The notes under the pieces: model-generated | What the model saw: only the letters and a program-made list of their open reading frames with translations | What the model was told of the DNA's origin: nothing | Database searches by the model: none | Part shown: one piece after another, positions 13,098-22,504 of the stretch | Numbering within the stretch: the first letter of the stretch is position 1 | Layout: every line of letters begins with the position of its first letter | Assembly: GCA_963811165.1 (NCBI GenBank) | Contig: CAWEQH010000004.1 | Location: forward strand, 32,001 to 96,000 | Direction of reading: 5' to 3' | Length of the DNA stretch: 64,000 bases | Source of the DNA: an uncultured Nitrospiraceae bacterium | GTDB taxonomy: Bacteria > Nitrospirota > Thermodesulfovibrionia > Thermodesulfovibrionales > UBA6898 | Program-made: the position numbers and the translations under genes

Positions 13098-14417
13098 ATG
13101 CGCCGAATCTTTGACCTGTCACCCTTATCCAATAGGCTTTGTCTTATGGTTCTTTTTATCGTCATCTTATCTCTCCTTGGTTGTGCTACAACGAAAAGCA
13201 TTCATGAGGGATACCAGCCCATTCCAAGACATCTGGAAGAAAATATCGAACGAAATGAGTTTTCAGTTGCAAAGGGAGATGATGTCATTGGCCGGTTGGC
13301 ATTCATCAGTCTTGAAAAGGGGGATACGCTGCCGGATATTGCGAGGCACTTCAGCCTTGGGATCAATGGAGTCAGTGCAGCTAATCCAGGGGTGGACATA
13401 TGGGGGCCTGAGGCCGGAAAACGTATCATGTTGCCTCTGAGCTTTATCCTGCCGGACGCTCCCAGGAAAGGCATCGTGATCAACTTAGCTACAATGAGGC
13501 TTTTTCAATTTAAAGGAGATAGTGAGTCGCTGGCGGTGTTGACCTACCCGGTCGGTGTCGGTACCGAAGAGCGGCCCTCGCCCACAGGTCACATGTATGT
13601 GGAGCGCAAGGTGGTCCGGCCGACCTGGCATGTGCCTGCCTCAATTGCCAAAGACCATCGACAAAAAGGAGATCCCCTGCCAGCTGCAGTTCTGCCGGGA
13701 CCTCAAAATCCCTTGGGAGAATACGCGCTCTATTTAAGTAAGTCGGGTTATTTGATCCACGGCACTAATAAACCGGCAAGCATTGGTCTTAGGGCAACGA
13801 ATGGCTGCATAAGACTCTATCCGGAAGACGTGAAAAAACTCTATGAGAATACTCCGGCTAAAACACCTGTATATATCGTTAATCAGCCATATCTCCTAGG
13901 TCAACGTAATGGAGTAGTGTACATGGAAGTTCATGCGCCCCCGGAAGACTTGGACACTGTTGAGTTTGATACGTTATATACAAAATTGAGAAATATTGAA
14001 AAGGAATCGGGGCGCACGCTTGACTGGAGCAAAGTTAAGAAAGTATTGGCCGAGGCCCTGGGGATTCCTGTCCCCATATTCGAGATCAGGCAAGGAAGTG
14101 GAAAAGGGGTTGTGGAAACCATAGAAGTCAAGCACCCAGGCGAATTATATGGCAGACCAGAAATACCAGAACTGAAAACAGATGCGTGGTCTGTTTTGGC
14201 CGCTGACGTGCGCGACGAGATTGATGCGGTGAGGCTTGCCGCCATTATCAACCACCAGGGTCCACAAATCCCGGCAAGGGTATTATCAAAGAATGTGAGC
14301 TACCGTGTTATCGCCGGCCCCTTCAATGATATCAGCGAGGCCAAGAATGCAATCAAACGCTTGAAAATTGATTTAGAAATAGATGGTATGTTGATTGAAC
14401 CTGTCAAGAAGAGGTAG
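13098..14417 (+). CDS. L,D-transpeptidase (ErfK/YbiS/YcfS-like) lipoprotein with LysM, YkuD and C-terminal SPOR-like domains
   Basis: Lipobox LLGC; GDTLPDIARHF..ANPGVD LysM; IHGTN..SIGLRATNGCIRL catalytic motif; YRVIAGPF SPOR-like end. Confidence 0.9.
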   Translation: MRRIFDLSPLSNRLCLMVLFIVILSLLGCATTKSIHEGYQPIPRHLEENIERNEFSVAKGDDVIGRLAFISLEKGDTLPDIARHFSLGINGVSAANPGVDIWGPEAGKRIMLPLSFILPDAPRKGIVINLATMRLFQFKGDSESLAVLTYPVGVGTEERPSPTGHMYVERKVVRPTWHVPASIAKDHRQKGDPLPAAVLPGPQNPLGEYALYLSKSGYLIHGTNKPASIGLRATNGCIRLYPEDVKKLYENTPAKTPVYIVNQPYLLGQRNGVVYMEVHAPPEDLDTVEFDTLYTKLRNIEKESGRTLDWSKVKKVLAEALGIPVPIFEIRQGSGKGVVETIEVKHPGELYGRPEIPELKTDAWSVLAADVRDEIDAVRLAAIINHQGPQIPARVLSKNVSYRVIAGPFNDISEAKNAIKRLKIDLEIDGMLIEPVKKR

Positions 14418-14596
14418 TCGATCCCGCCTTTCCTGCATGTTCAGGCCGCATAACTTGTTGAAGCACCGCGTTAAAATTATGGTAACCCACGATCTCGCAC
14501 CATGAAAATAATTTAATGATTTCTTCGCCTTCTTGCGTGGTATTATTTTGGGCATGGGCTTCCGGCCTGAACAATACCATGAAGGAGGATTAGACG

Positions 14597-14917
14597 ATGA
14601 AGAAGAGTCTTTTGGTGATCTCAATGATGTTTGTTCTTGCTGTTACCGTGGGTTGTGCAACAAAAGGTGACCTCGAGAAAGTTCAGTCGCAGCAAATGAT
14701 GACCGGTGCGAAAGCCGATCAGGCAGCGCAGGATGCGCAGTCTGCCAAGGCGTCAGCGGATGCGGCCACGTTAAAGGCAGAGGCTGCAGCGACCCGCGCC
14801 GAAAATGCTCTCAAGATGGCAGAGGAAAGGGAGAAGATCGCAGATGAAAAGGCAAAGATCGCAGACGAAAAGGCGCAGAGGGCTGACAACATTTTCCAGA
14901 AATCAATGAAGAAGTAA
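14597..14917 (+). CDS. Lpp/OprI-like alanine-zipper lipoprotein
   Basis: SD GGAGG; lipobox TVGC; Ala-rich coiled coil; C-terminus KSMKK. Confidence 0.8.
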   Translation: MKKSLLVISMMFVLAVTVGCATKGDLEKVQSQQMMTGAKADQAAQDAQSAKASADAATLKAEAAATRAENALKMAEEREKIADEKAKIADEKAQRADNIFQKSMKK

Positions 14918-14965
14918 GTAAATTCTATGGGGAGCTGTTAACTTTGCCTCTAGTGCTCCGAAAAG

Positions 14966-14997
14966 GAAGTGGCAGGGTCTCAAAACCCTGCCACTTC
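14966..14997 (+). terminator. Stem-loop after the lipoprotein gene (terminator or mRNA stabiliser)
   Basis: Perfect 13-bp stem GAAGTGGCAGGGT/ACCCTGCCACTTC. Confidence 0.65.
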
Positions 14998-15104
14998 TTC
15001 ATGCTTCCACCGTTCAGGTCTGCCTGGACCATTCATGCATTTAATCTGTCAAACCAGGGCCGCTGCGATCATCAAACATATTATGAACGAACACGAAGGC
15101 CTAT

Positions 15105-16071
15105 ATGGGGTAAAAAGGAAAGTAGGATAGGTGAGCATCTAAACTTTTTCTTTGTCTGCATCATAATAACATCAATGCTAATATGCGGATGCAGTCACTT
15201 TAATGAGGGATTTCAGGCCAAGTCAACCTTCGAAGAAGCGAATGATCTTTTCAGCCGGGGAAGCTACAAGGCCTCTCTGAGCAAATATGAGCAGATTATT
15301 GAAAAATATCCCACGGCCAGGGACAGGGTTCTTTTCGAGACGGGTATCATTTATGCCTATCCCGGGAATGCGCAAAAAGATTATCAGAAATCTCTGGAAT
15401 GTTTTCAGAAACTCATAAAAGATTACCCGGGGAGTGAGTACAGGAAGGATAGTGAGATGATGATATTTAATATCAATAATGTCACTATTAAGGATAAGAC
15501 GATTGCTACGCAGCAAACACTGATTGAGACTCTCCGACAAGAGGGTGAAAGCAAAGGGAATGAGATTATTACACTGCAAAAAAAGATTGAGGCGCTTGAA
15601 CGCGAGGTTAAGAGCAAAGAGAATGAGATTTTTGCAATCCAGAAGGTCCCGGCAGATAAGATTCTGATAGAAAAGAAAGAACGGCTATTGATGTTGATCT
15701 CAAAGGACAAGGTGCTCAGGACTTATAAAATAGCCTTGGGGGGAAACCCGAATGGTCCAAAAGAAAGGCAAGGCGATAACAAAACCCCGGAGGGAAGCTA
15801 CGTTATCGATTCAAGAAACAAGGACAGCCGTTATCACCTATCTCTTCATATTTCCTATCCAAACGAGAAAGACAAAAAGCGGGCAAAAAAACTTGGTGTT
15901 TCTCCGGGCGGAGACATCATGATCCACGGCATTAAGAATGGTTTCTCGTGGGTTGGTGATTTTCACACAGAGGGTGACTGGACGAAAGGGTGTATTGCCG
16001 TTACAGACGAAGAAATAGAGGAAATTGACAAGTTAGCGCCAAATGGTACGATTGTTGAGATAAGGCCATAG
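15105..16071 (+). CDS. YafK/DpaA(LdtF)-like YkuD-family lipoprotein with TPR and coiled-coil region
   Basis: Lipobox ICGC; GPKERQGDNKTPEG, SLHISYPN, GGDIMIHG, WTKGCIAV. Probable start ATG 15105 is out of frame by one extra G (ATGGGGT). Confidence 0.8.
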
Positions 16072-16151
16072 AGGGCCGTATAACTTATCGCTTCCCCCGA
16101 ATCGCGTAACGCTCCTGGTGAACTAAACGATCGAGGAGGATCCTTCCGGTA

Positions 16152-16532
16152 CTACTTGCCTGAGAGAAGGTTCAGTCGTTGTCCGTCCTTTAAAAGTAAT
16201 TCTGCTTTTGTCATACGCCAATTCCTCTTTTCCGTTTTTAATTCTAAAAAGGCTTCACCATCACTATTCGGTCCCTGAACAACCAAAGTAAACTTTGCTC
16301 TCCCTTCAGTGCCGGGATTATTATGCACCTCAAAACTATCAAATGCTGCCAACGCTATTTTTTGAGGTTTACCCAGATTATCGGTTACCGTGCTGTTATT
16401 CATTAAAAATTGTATTGAAAATAGATATGGGTCTGATCGTAAAACCATGAAGCGGCTGTAAACTTGAATCACGGTAAACGCAATAAGGACTATGAGAAGA
16501 ACAAGACTTCCTTTGCGAGATAATATTTTCAT
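16152..16532 (-). CDS. Hypothetical single-TM protein, Coa1-like domain
   Basis: N-terminal TM, then SDPY..V...LG.P...GRAKF...QGP..GEA pattern; AT-rich. Confidence 0.55.
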   Translation of the reverse strand: MKILSRKGSLVLLIVLIAFTVIQVYSRFMVLRSDPYLFSIQFLMNNSTVTDNLGKPQKIALAAFDSFEVHNNPGTEGRAKFTLVVQGPNSDGEAFLELKTEKRNWRMTKAELLLKDGQRLNLLSGK

Positions 16533-16766
16533 ATTCCGTGATGTGTCAAGTGTGATCCTCATGAAATTATGCAGGGATTGGAACTCTTTTTTCAATAGGC
16601 AGGAAAATAAAAGCTGTTTTCACCTTTCCTTCAGGCAGCGTGAGGAAGTAACTCAATACGTGAGGCTTTTCCGCTTCAGTGACTCAAGCCCCTGTTGCAA
16701 TTGCCTCTGAACTCCATTACTATTTATTAATAAATGAAAAGTAATAGTGAGACCTAGAGGTGTGAC

Positions 16767-18074
16767 ATGAGGAAGATCGATGAGCGCCTCCCTTTGGTTC
16801 AGAACGCCCCGATAGATGGTAAGGTCGTCCTCGTCAGGTTCGACCATAACGTCGTCAAAAACGGCCAGATAAGGGACCCCTACAGGATAGACCGGACTCT
16901 GGGCACGCTCTACAATATTGTCGAAAGGGGCGGCAGACCGATCCTGATGACCCATATCGGGAGGCCGAAGGACAAGAAGACCGGCGAGATCAACTGCAGG
17001 GAAGAAGATTCCGTAAAGCCGATCGTCGAGTATCTTGAGCGCAAACTCCATATCAAATTCCATATACCCGAATTCAACATGGTCCCCGGACAGGGTATCA
17101 CGGGGATCGACACATCGATTAACCATGCCATAAGGGCACTGAAGGAAAGGAGGATAGGCGGAATCTATCTCCCGAATACCCGCTGGTTTCAGGCGGAGGA
17201 GTCAAAGGAAGAGGGCCGGGACAAACTGGCGCACCAGCTTGCCGGTCTGGCGGACATATTCGTCAATGATGCCTTCGGTTCCTGGCAGCCCCATGTCTCC
17301 ACATACGATATCGCCAAATATCTGCCTTCCTTTGCGGGCTTTCTGATGCAGGAGGAGATCGTGAATCTCGATTACGTCCTAAACCCCGGCAGGCCTTTCA
17401 CGGCAGTGGTCGCCGGGTCCAAGTATGACACGAAGATCGGGCCGCTTTATGCGATATACGGAAAGGCCGACAGGCTTATCCTTGGCGGCGTGATCTACAA
17501 TACATTTTTGTGCGCAAAATACGGTGTACGGATCGCGGGTGTCTCCGATAAGGATGTAGAGGCGGCAAAGGAGCTTGTTGCCATGGATGAAAAAGGCGGG
17601 AAGATTGTGGAACTTCCGTACGTCGTTGAGTCCGACATCCTCGAGGGCAAAGTGGAGGGCAAGCACAGGACCCTTTCGCTCGGCGACTTCAGGAAGGGCA
17701 ACAGCTATGGGTATGTCCTCGACATAGACAAGAAATCTTTTTCGGACAAGAAGGTCCTTGACGCAATCCTTCATTCAAGCACCCTCTTCGTAAACGCGGT
17801 AATGGGGCTCACCCCGCACTTCTACGACGGCTCTCAGGCCCTGGACGAGACGATCGACAGGAACACCCATGCCAAGAAACTTTACGGCGGCGGTGATACG
17901 CTCCAGGAGTTCAAGGACCTCTGTCCGGGGCTTTACCTTTCGGTACTGGATAATGCACAATATTATTTTTTCACGGGCGGAGGCACTGTCCTGACCGCTA
18001 TCGAGCAGGGGACGCCTTACGGACTTAAGCCTGTCCAGGCCCTGATCGAAAACGGCGGTAGGGCGACTTTGTAA
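16767..18074 (+). CDS. pgk: Phosphoglycerate kinase
   Basis: VLVRFDHNV, MTHIGRP, FVNDAFG, GGGDT, FTGGG. Confidence 0.92.
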   Translation: MRKIDERLPLVQNAPIDGKVVLVRFDHNVVKNGQIRDPYRIDRTLGTLYNIVERGGRPILMTHIGRPKDKKTGEINCREEDSVKPIVEYLERKLHIKFHIPEFNMVPGQGITGIDTSINHAIRALKERRIGGIYLPNTRWFQAEESKEEGRDKLAHQLAGLADIFVNDAFGSWQPHVSTYDIAKYLPSFAGFLMQEEIVNLDYVLNPGRPFTAVVAGSKYDTKIGPLYAIYGKADRLILGGVIYNTFLCAKYGVRIAGVSDKDVEAAKELVAMDEKGGKIVELPYVVESDILEGKVEGKHRTLSLGDFRKGNSYGYVLDIDKKSFSDKKVLDAILHSSTLFVNAVMGLTPHFYDGSQALDETIDRNTHAKKLYGGGDTLQEFKDLCPGLYLSVLDNAQYYFFTGGGTVLTAIEQGTPYGLKPVQALIENGGRATL

Positions 18075-18105
18075 TATACTAAGGAGTTCACACGGATGAG
18101 AGTAT

Positions 18106-18191
18106 TATAAAACCCCTCCTCCCCTCCCTTCGCTAAAGGGAGGCATCCGTATACCCCTCTTTGGCAAAGAGGGGCGAGGAGAGATTTTATA
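18106..18191. repeat. REP-like element with outer stem and two inner hairpins
   Basis: TATAAAA..CTCCTC / GAGGAGAGATTTTATA encloses CCTCCCTT/AAGGGAGG and CCCCTCTTT/AAAGAGGGG; same architecture as 9604-9675. Confidence 0.65.
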
Positions 18192-18326
18192 TTCAATGTT
18201 CTTTTTCCTAATCTACTTATCAGTAACTGTTCTTCACCTCGCCTCCACACTAGGGGAGGAAGGAGGTACAAGAAGGCCACCGTTATTTGTTGGAGTGGAC
18301 ATAAATAACCTTTTAGGGAGGATCGT

Positions 18327-19541
18327 ATGGCATCCATCAGGAGAATCGGGGTAATCACAAGCGGAGGTGATTGCGGGGGCCTTAACGCCGTGATCAAGGG
18401 AATGGCAAGGGAGGCCTACGCGCATGGGATCGAGGCGGTCGTCATCCCAAACGGATATGCCGGTCTCTATAATCTCGTCGACCTGGAAGAGGTAGTCGTG
18501 CTGAGTGCCGAGAGGGTGAGCAAGATCGAGGCGTCCCTCGCCGGGTCCGAGGCGGGCCACTCAAGGGTCAAGATAAGCAAGATCGCAGACCCCCAAAAGT
18601 ATGAGCGGATAAAGAACGGACTGAAGAAGTTCGGGATAGACGCCCTTATCATAAGCGGCGGTGACGATACCGGGAGTGTTGTTGTGGACCTCTCCTCCCA
18701 GGGCATCCCCTGCATCCATGTCCCCAAGACCATGGACCTTGATCTGCAGCCCTACAGCGTGGGCGGGGATTCGGCGATCAACAGGATCGCTACCTTCACG
18801 AGGGACCTCAAGACCACGGGCATGAGCCATAACCGGATCCTTGTGATCGAGGTGTTCGGCAGATATGTCGGGCACACCGCGTTTCGGGGCGGGGTCGGCG
18901 CCGAGGCCGACTGCATCCTGATCCCCGAGATCCCCGTCGATTTCGATGTCGTCTACGAGCACATGAAGAGCACGTACTTTGCCAGGATATTGCGCAGCGA
19001 TGTGAAGGCAGGCACGTATATCATAGTCGTCGCAGAAGGCCTCACGACTGCAGGCGGCGAACTCCTCTATGACGAATCTGCCGGAGTCGACGCCTTCGGC
19101 CACAAAAAGCTCGCAGGTGCGGGAAAATATGTAAGACAGCAGCTCGAAAAGAGACTGAAGGCCGATCCGGAGGTGCTTGAGTTCATGAAAAAGACCGGGA
19201 TGTTCGTGCCGGGGATATACGCGATTCCTGAGGTGCGGGAAGTCACCCCTGGGCATCTTGTCCGTTCGGGCGGCTCCTCCGCCTACGACGTCAATTTCGG
19301 ATACAGGGCGGGCGCGGCCGCAGTATTTCTTCTCCTTTCGGGAAAGACCGGCAATACCGTCGTCAGCGTCAACGGCAATCGGATCGACTACATCGGGACA
19401 CCCGCGGCGATAAAAAGGAGAGAAGTGGATATTACGGAAATAGCCCTTTTCGAAAGCCTCGGTATCTGCTTCGGAAGAAGGCCGCAGAAGTTCGAATATG
19501 AATTTTCGGAAGTGCAGGGGACGATCGACAGGCATCTGTAA
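18327..19541 (+). CDS. pfkA: 6-phosphofructokinase, PPi-dependent signature
   Basis: TSGGDCGGLN, GGDDT, PKTMD, EVFGR, DAFGH. Confidence 0.88.
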   Translation: MASIRRIGVITSGGDCGGLNAVIKGMAREAYAHGIEAVVIPNGYAGLYNLVDLEEVVVLSAERVSKIEASLAGSEAGHSRVKISKIADPQKYERIKNGLKKFGIDALIISGGDDTGSVVVDLSSQGIPCIHVPKTMDLDLQPYSVGGDSAINRIATFTRDLKTTGMSHNRILVIEVFGRYVGHTAFRGGVGAEADCILIPEIPVDFDVVYEHMKSTYFARILRSDVKAGTYIIVVAEGLTTAGGELLYDESAGVDAFGHKKLAGAGKYVRQQLEKRLKADPEVLEFMKKTGMFVPGIYAIPEVREVTPGHLVRSGGSSAYDVNFGYRAGAAAVFLLLSGKTGNTVVSVNGNRIDYIGTPAAIKRREVDITEIALFESLGICFGRRPQKFEYEFSEVQGTIDRHL

Positions 19542-19547
19542 GTGCGT

Positions 19548-19597
19548 AAAGTGTCAGTGATCAGTGCCGGTTGACTGACACTGATCACTGACACTTT
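19548..19597. terminator. Probable bidirectional terminator between convergent pfk and dsbC
   Basis: Perfect 19-bp inverted repeat AAAGTGTCAGTGATCAGTG/CACTGATCACTGACACTTT. Confidence 0.7.
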
Positions 19598-19606
19598 TGA
19601 AAAAAT

Positions 19607-20374
19607 CTATTTTTTGTCGATCAAGACCTTCAGCGCATTTGCGTCCCGGAAACCCGAGATAACCCTGCCGTCCGGCATCACCAGGGTGGGAGTGCCTGTT
19701 ATGCCAAGCTTCTTCCCCAGGGCTATGTTTTCATCCACGGCCGACGTCTTGCATTTTGGTTTGGCCACCGGTTTTTTCTCGAAGGCGGCATCAAGCAGCG
19801 CAAGAGATTTCTCGCAGACGATCGCCTTTGCTTTTTCAGCCGCTTCCTTATGGATCGGCAGGGGGAACATCTTTATGAAGAAAACGACGTCTTTTCTTTC
19901 TGCAATTACCTTCTTGAGTTCAGGATGGAGTTTTGCGCAGAATGGACAGTCCGGGTCTGTGAAGACTATGACCCGTTTTTTTGCTTTTTTGTCGCCCATG
20001 ACGATGGCGTCTCCGAGCGGGACCTTCGAAACATCGATCCTGTTGAGTTCCTCTGCCGCTTCCTGGGTGAGGTTTCTCTTGCCCTTGATATCGATGAGCT
20101 GGCCCGATATCAGATATTTCTTTGTGATATCGAGGTAGAGCGCTCCTTTCTTACTGCCTGATTCAATGTCTATCTCCCACATGGATTTCATAGGTGTGAG
20201 TTTGATACTGAGTATCTTGACGTTCGGTACGATGTCCTTCAGTAATGCTTCCGCCTCTTCCTTTTTTAAGGTGTGACACTTCGCGCAGTTTTCTCCCTTA
20301 TTGCTGAATCCGTAGGAATTTGAGGCATACTGCAGAATGGCCAAGGCCGCTACGAGAAACAAAATCTTGCGCAT
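19607..20374 (-). CDS. dsbC: DsbC-family thiol:disulfide isomerase
   Basis: Signal peptide; FTDPDCPFC; GITGTPTLV. An extra N-terminal CAKCH motif precedes the dimerisation domain. Confidence 0.88.
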   Translation of the reverse strand: MRKILFLVAALAILQYASNSYGFSNKGENCAKCHTLKKEEAEALLKDIVPNVKILSIKLTPMKSMWEIDIESGSKKGALYLDITKKYLISGQLIDIKGKRNLTQEAAEELNRIDVSKVPLGDAIVMGDKKAKKRVIVFTDPDCPFCAKLHPELKKVIAERKDVVFFIKMFPLPIHKEAAEKAKAIVCEKSLALLDAAFEKKPVAKPKCKTSAVDENIALGKKLGITGTPTLVMPDGRVISGFRDANALKVLIDKK

Positions 20375-20429
20375 TGATAACCTCCGGTAAATTGTTTTCT
20401 CACCATGACGCCGCCAGGACGCAAGTCTG

Positions 20430-21137
20430 CTACCTGACGCGTAAATAAGGCATTACATCTTTCTGGAAATCTATGGAGGAAAAATAATTTCCTATCGCGG
20501 TCCTGTAATCCCCGATGGATTTCATCGCCTCTGCCGCGAGGATAAACCTTTGCTGGAGCCCGATCATGCCGTTGTTCGCTTTCAGCGCCGAGATAAAGTC
20601 CTTGTACTGGGCAGAAGCGGTGAGCGCCGCCACACTATGCCAGTTCTTTGCAGATGCCATTGTCATGGCAGGCCCGCCGATATCGATGTTTACCCTCGCC
20701 GTCTCCGACGTCGTACCCTCTTTTGCAATTACCGACGAAAAAGGATAGAGGTTGCCTACGAAGACATCGAAGTAAACGCCCGGGGTACCTCCCATCTTTG
20801 CCAGCGTCTTATACAGGTATTCCTCGTGGGCGGGATTGCCTCTTTCGGCAAGAAGGCCGGCGTGGATCTTCGGGTGGAGTGTTTTGACAAGGCCGCCCTC
20901 CATCTCGGGCGCTCCCGTGAAGTCCTCGACCGAGGTGTAATTCCTGGGCGCATCGGTCCCGAGGATCTCCATGATCTTCTTCCCTGTGCCGCCGGTCGAA
21001 TAGAACCTCGCATCGCGGTTCACATCGAGGATGCCCCTGACCAGGTCGTCCAGCCCGGATTTGTCGAATACACTCACCAGTATATGAGACGGTTTTATCA
21101 GCTCGACTACCTGATAGATATTCTCTCTGATGCTCAT
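20430..21137 (-). CDS. purH: Stand-alone IMP cyclohydrolase (PurH N-terminal MGS-like domain only)
   Basis: SVFDKSG, STGGT, VKTLHPKIHAGLL, NLYPF, IDIGGP, AKN; ends at 235 aa with no transformylase domain. Confidence 0.8.
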   Translation of the reverse strand: MSIRENIYQVVELIKPSHILVSVFDKSGLDDLVRGILDVNRDARFYSTGGTGKKIMEILGTDAPRNYTSVEDFTGAPEMEGGLVKTLHPKIHAGLLAERGNPAHEEYLYKTLAKMGGTPGVYFDVFVGNLYPFSSVIAKEGTTSETARVNIDIGGPAMTMASAKNWHSVAALTASAQYKDFISALKANNGMIGLQQRFILAAEAMKSIGDYRTAIGNYFSSIDFQKDVMPYLRVR

Positions 21138-21195
21138 AGGTCCCCCTGTGTCCAGTGGATTTTTATTCGTCTATAATAATACACGGGGATGAGTT

Positions 21196-21811
21196 TTATC
21201 CATTTGTCCGGGGCATATCGATGATCATCTCCGCGACCGTCTTCCGGCGGCGTCCGGTGAGGCCCACAAGCCTTCTCAGTTCTATCTCCAGCGCTGCCAT
21301 CCCGGAATACCATTCCGTCCGGTCGAGCACAGGTTCGGCCGGGCCGGCCGGGATTACTTCTTCAGCAAACCTGTGGCATCCAGCGCCTGTCTGTTCGGAC
21401 CCGTCCGGTTTCCTTACCCGGTGGGGGATCCCGTGCAGCCGGCAGATCATCGGCCTGTATTCATAAAGCCGGCAGAGGCCCGCAAAGTTGAGCGGGCAGA
21501 GCACCCGTTCAGGGCTGCCCTGCAAATCATGAAGACGATAAAGCCCCACCGCATCTTCCGCCCTGGACAGGACCTCAGCGGCCGTGTCGGCATCGAGCGA
21601 ACCCATCCCTTCGATCAGATAAAGGTGTTCGGCAAGCGTATAGTGGGAGAACCTTTCCTCGCAGCAGCTTCTCCGAACAGCCGCCGCACCTGAAACCATG
21701 ATATTCCGCTGCCCTGAGGTAAGCCGCGTCCATTGAGGAATAGAGGCCTTTGATCTTAAGTACGTAAGGCGCGAGAGTCCCTTTGAGGAACTCAGAGAGG
21801 GGAAAATCCAT
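21196..21811 (-). CDS. YkgJ-like Cys-cluster (CxxCxxCC) protein, apparent +1 frameshift near 21668
   Basis: N-terminal ORF ...FRCGGCSE joins (N/S)CCEERF...CPLN...CRLYEYRPMICRLHG in the next frame. Confidence 0.75.
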
Positions 21812-21813
21812 TC

Positions 21814-22008
21814 TTACGCTCTGTCACAAGAGCGGCCCGATATCTTTTCCCAGGTCTTTTCGTCGATTTCATTGATATATTGGGAGAGGGTGAATTTCCT
21901 GCCGCAATCCATGCAGCGCAGTGCCACGCCGCGTCAGCCGAAGGTAAGCTGCAATGTTCCTTTACACCCCCGGCATTTTAATCCGAGGTCTTTCGAAGGT
22001 CCTAACAC
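21814..22008 (-). CDS. Small dual-CxxC (seleno)protein with in-frame UGA, 64 aa
   Basis: Manual translation from GTG: MLGPSKDLGLKCRGCKGTLQLTFG-U-RGVALRCMDCGRKFTLSQYINEIDEKTWEKISGRSCDRA. UGA at 21936-21934 is followed by a hairpin. The stop lies 2 nt before the next ATG. Confidence 0.8.
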
Positions 22009-22381
22009 AGAATTATTTTACCGCATCCAGAGTCGTTTTGTGAATAGGCGAATTCCGCTGATCGGACAAGCGAATCAAGTCAGCCCGAATATTTCGTCGA
22101 TGTCGGACCCTGGCAGTGCCCCCTCGTTCACCCCGCTGCGTTTCAATGCCTTCGCCTCCTGATAAAACCTGAAAATTCCTTTTGAAAAATAATGAGGAAT
22201 GCGCCGACAAACTCTCAGTACAGGGATTTCATTGAGAACGTTGATTTCCGAAAATAACACGCGGGTCACGCGCCGCGCTTTCGGCGCGACGCTGTGGACC
22301 GGCTCGTTGGAATCATCATAGCGATCGTCATCTTACAGTTAATTGGTAACATCAAAACCTATGACCCTGATCGGTTGATTC

Positions 22382-22418
22382 AAAAAAAGATGGCAGAGCT
22401 ATTTCTGACCCTGCCATC
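22382..22418 (-). terminator. Rho-independent terminator
   Basis: Minus strand: GATGGCAGGG..loop..CTCTGCCATC followed by T7. Confidence 0.7.
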
Positions 22419-22504
22419 CCTATCCGATGGAACAAGCATTTTACTTGGGGCCACTTGCCGGTTTCATAAGCTCATCCATCTCTGGTCTTCCCCCCGTATC
22501 AGGA

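Noticed and set aside
14944..15104. N-terminal extension of the DpaA-like ORF from TTG 14944
   Set aside because: It runs through a terminator-like hairpin and would bury the lipoprotein signal peptide.
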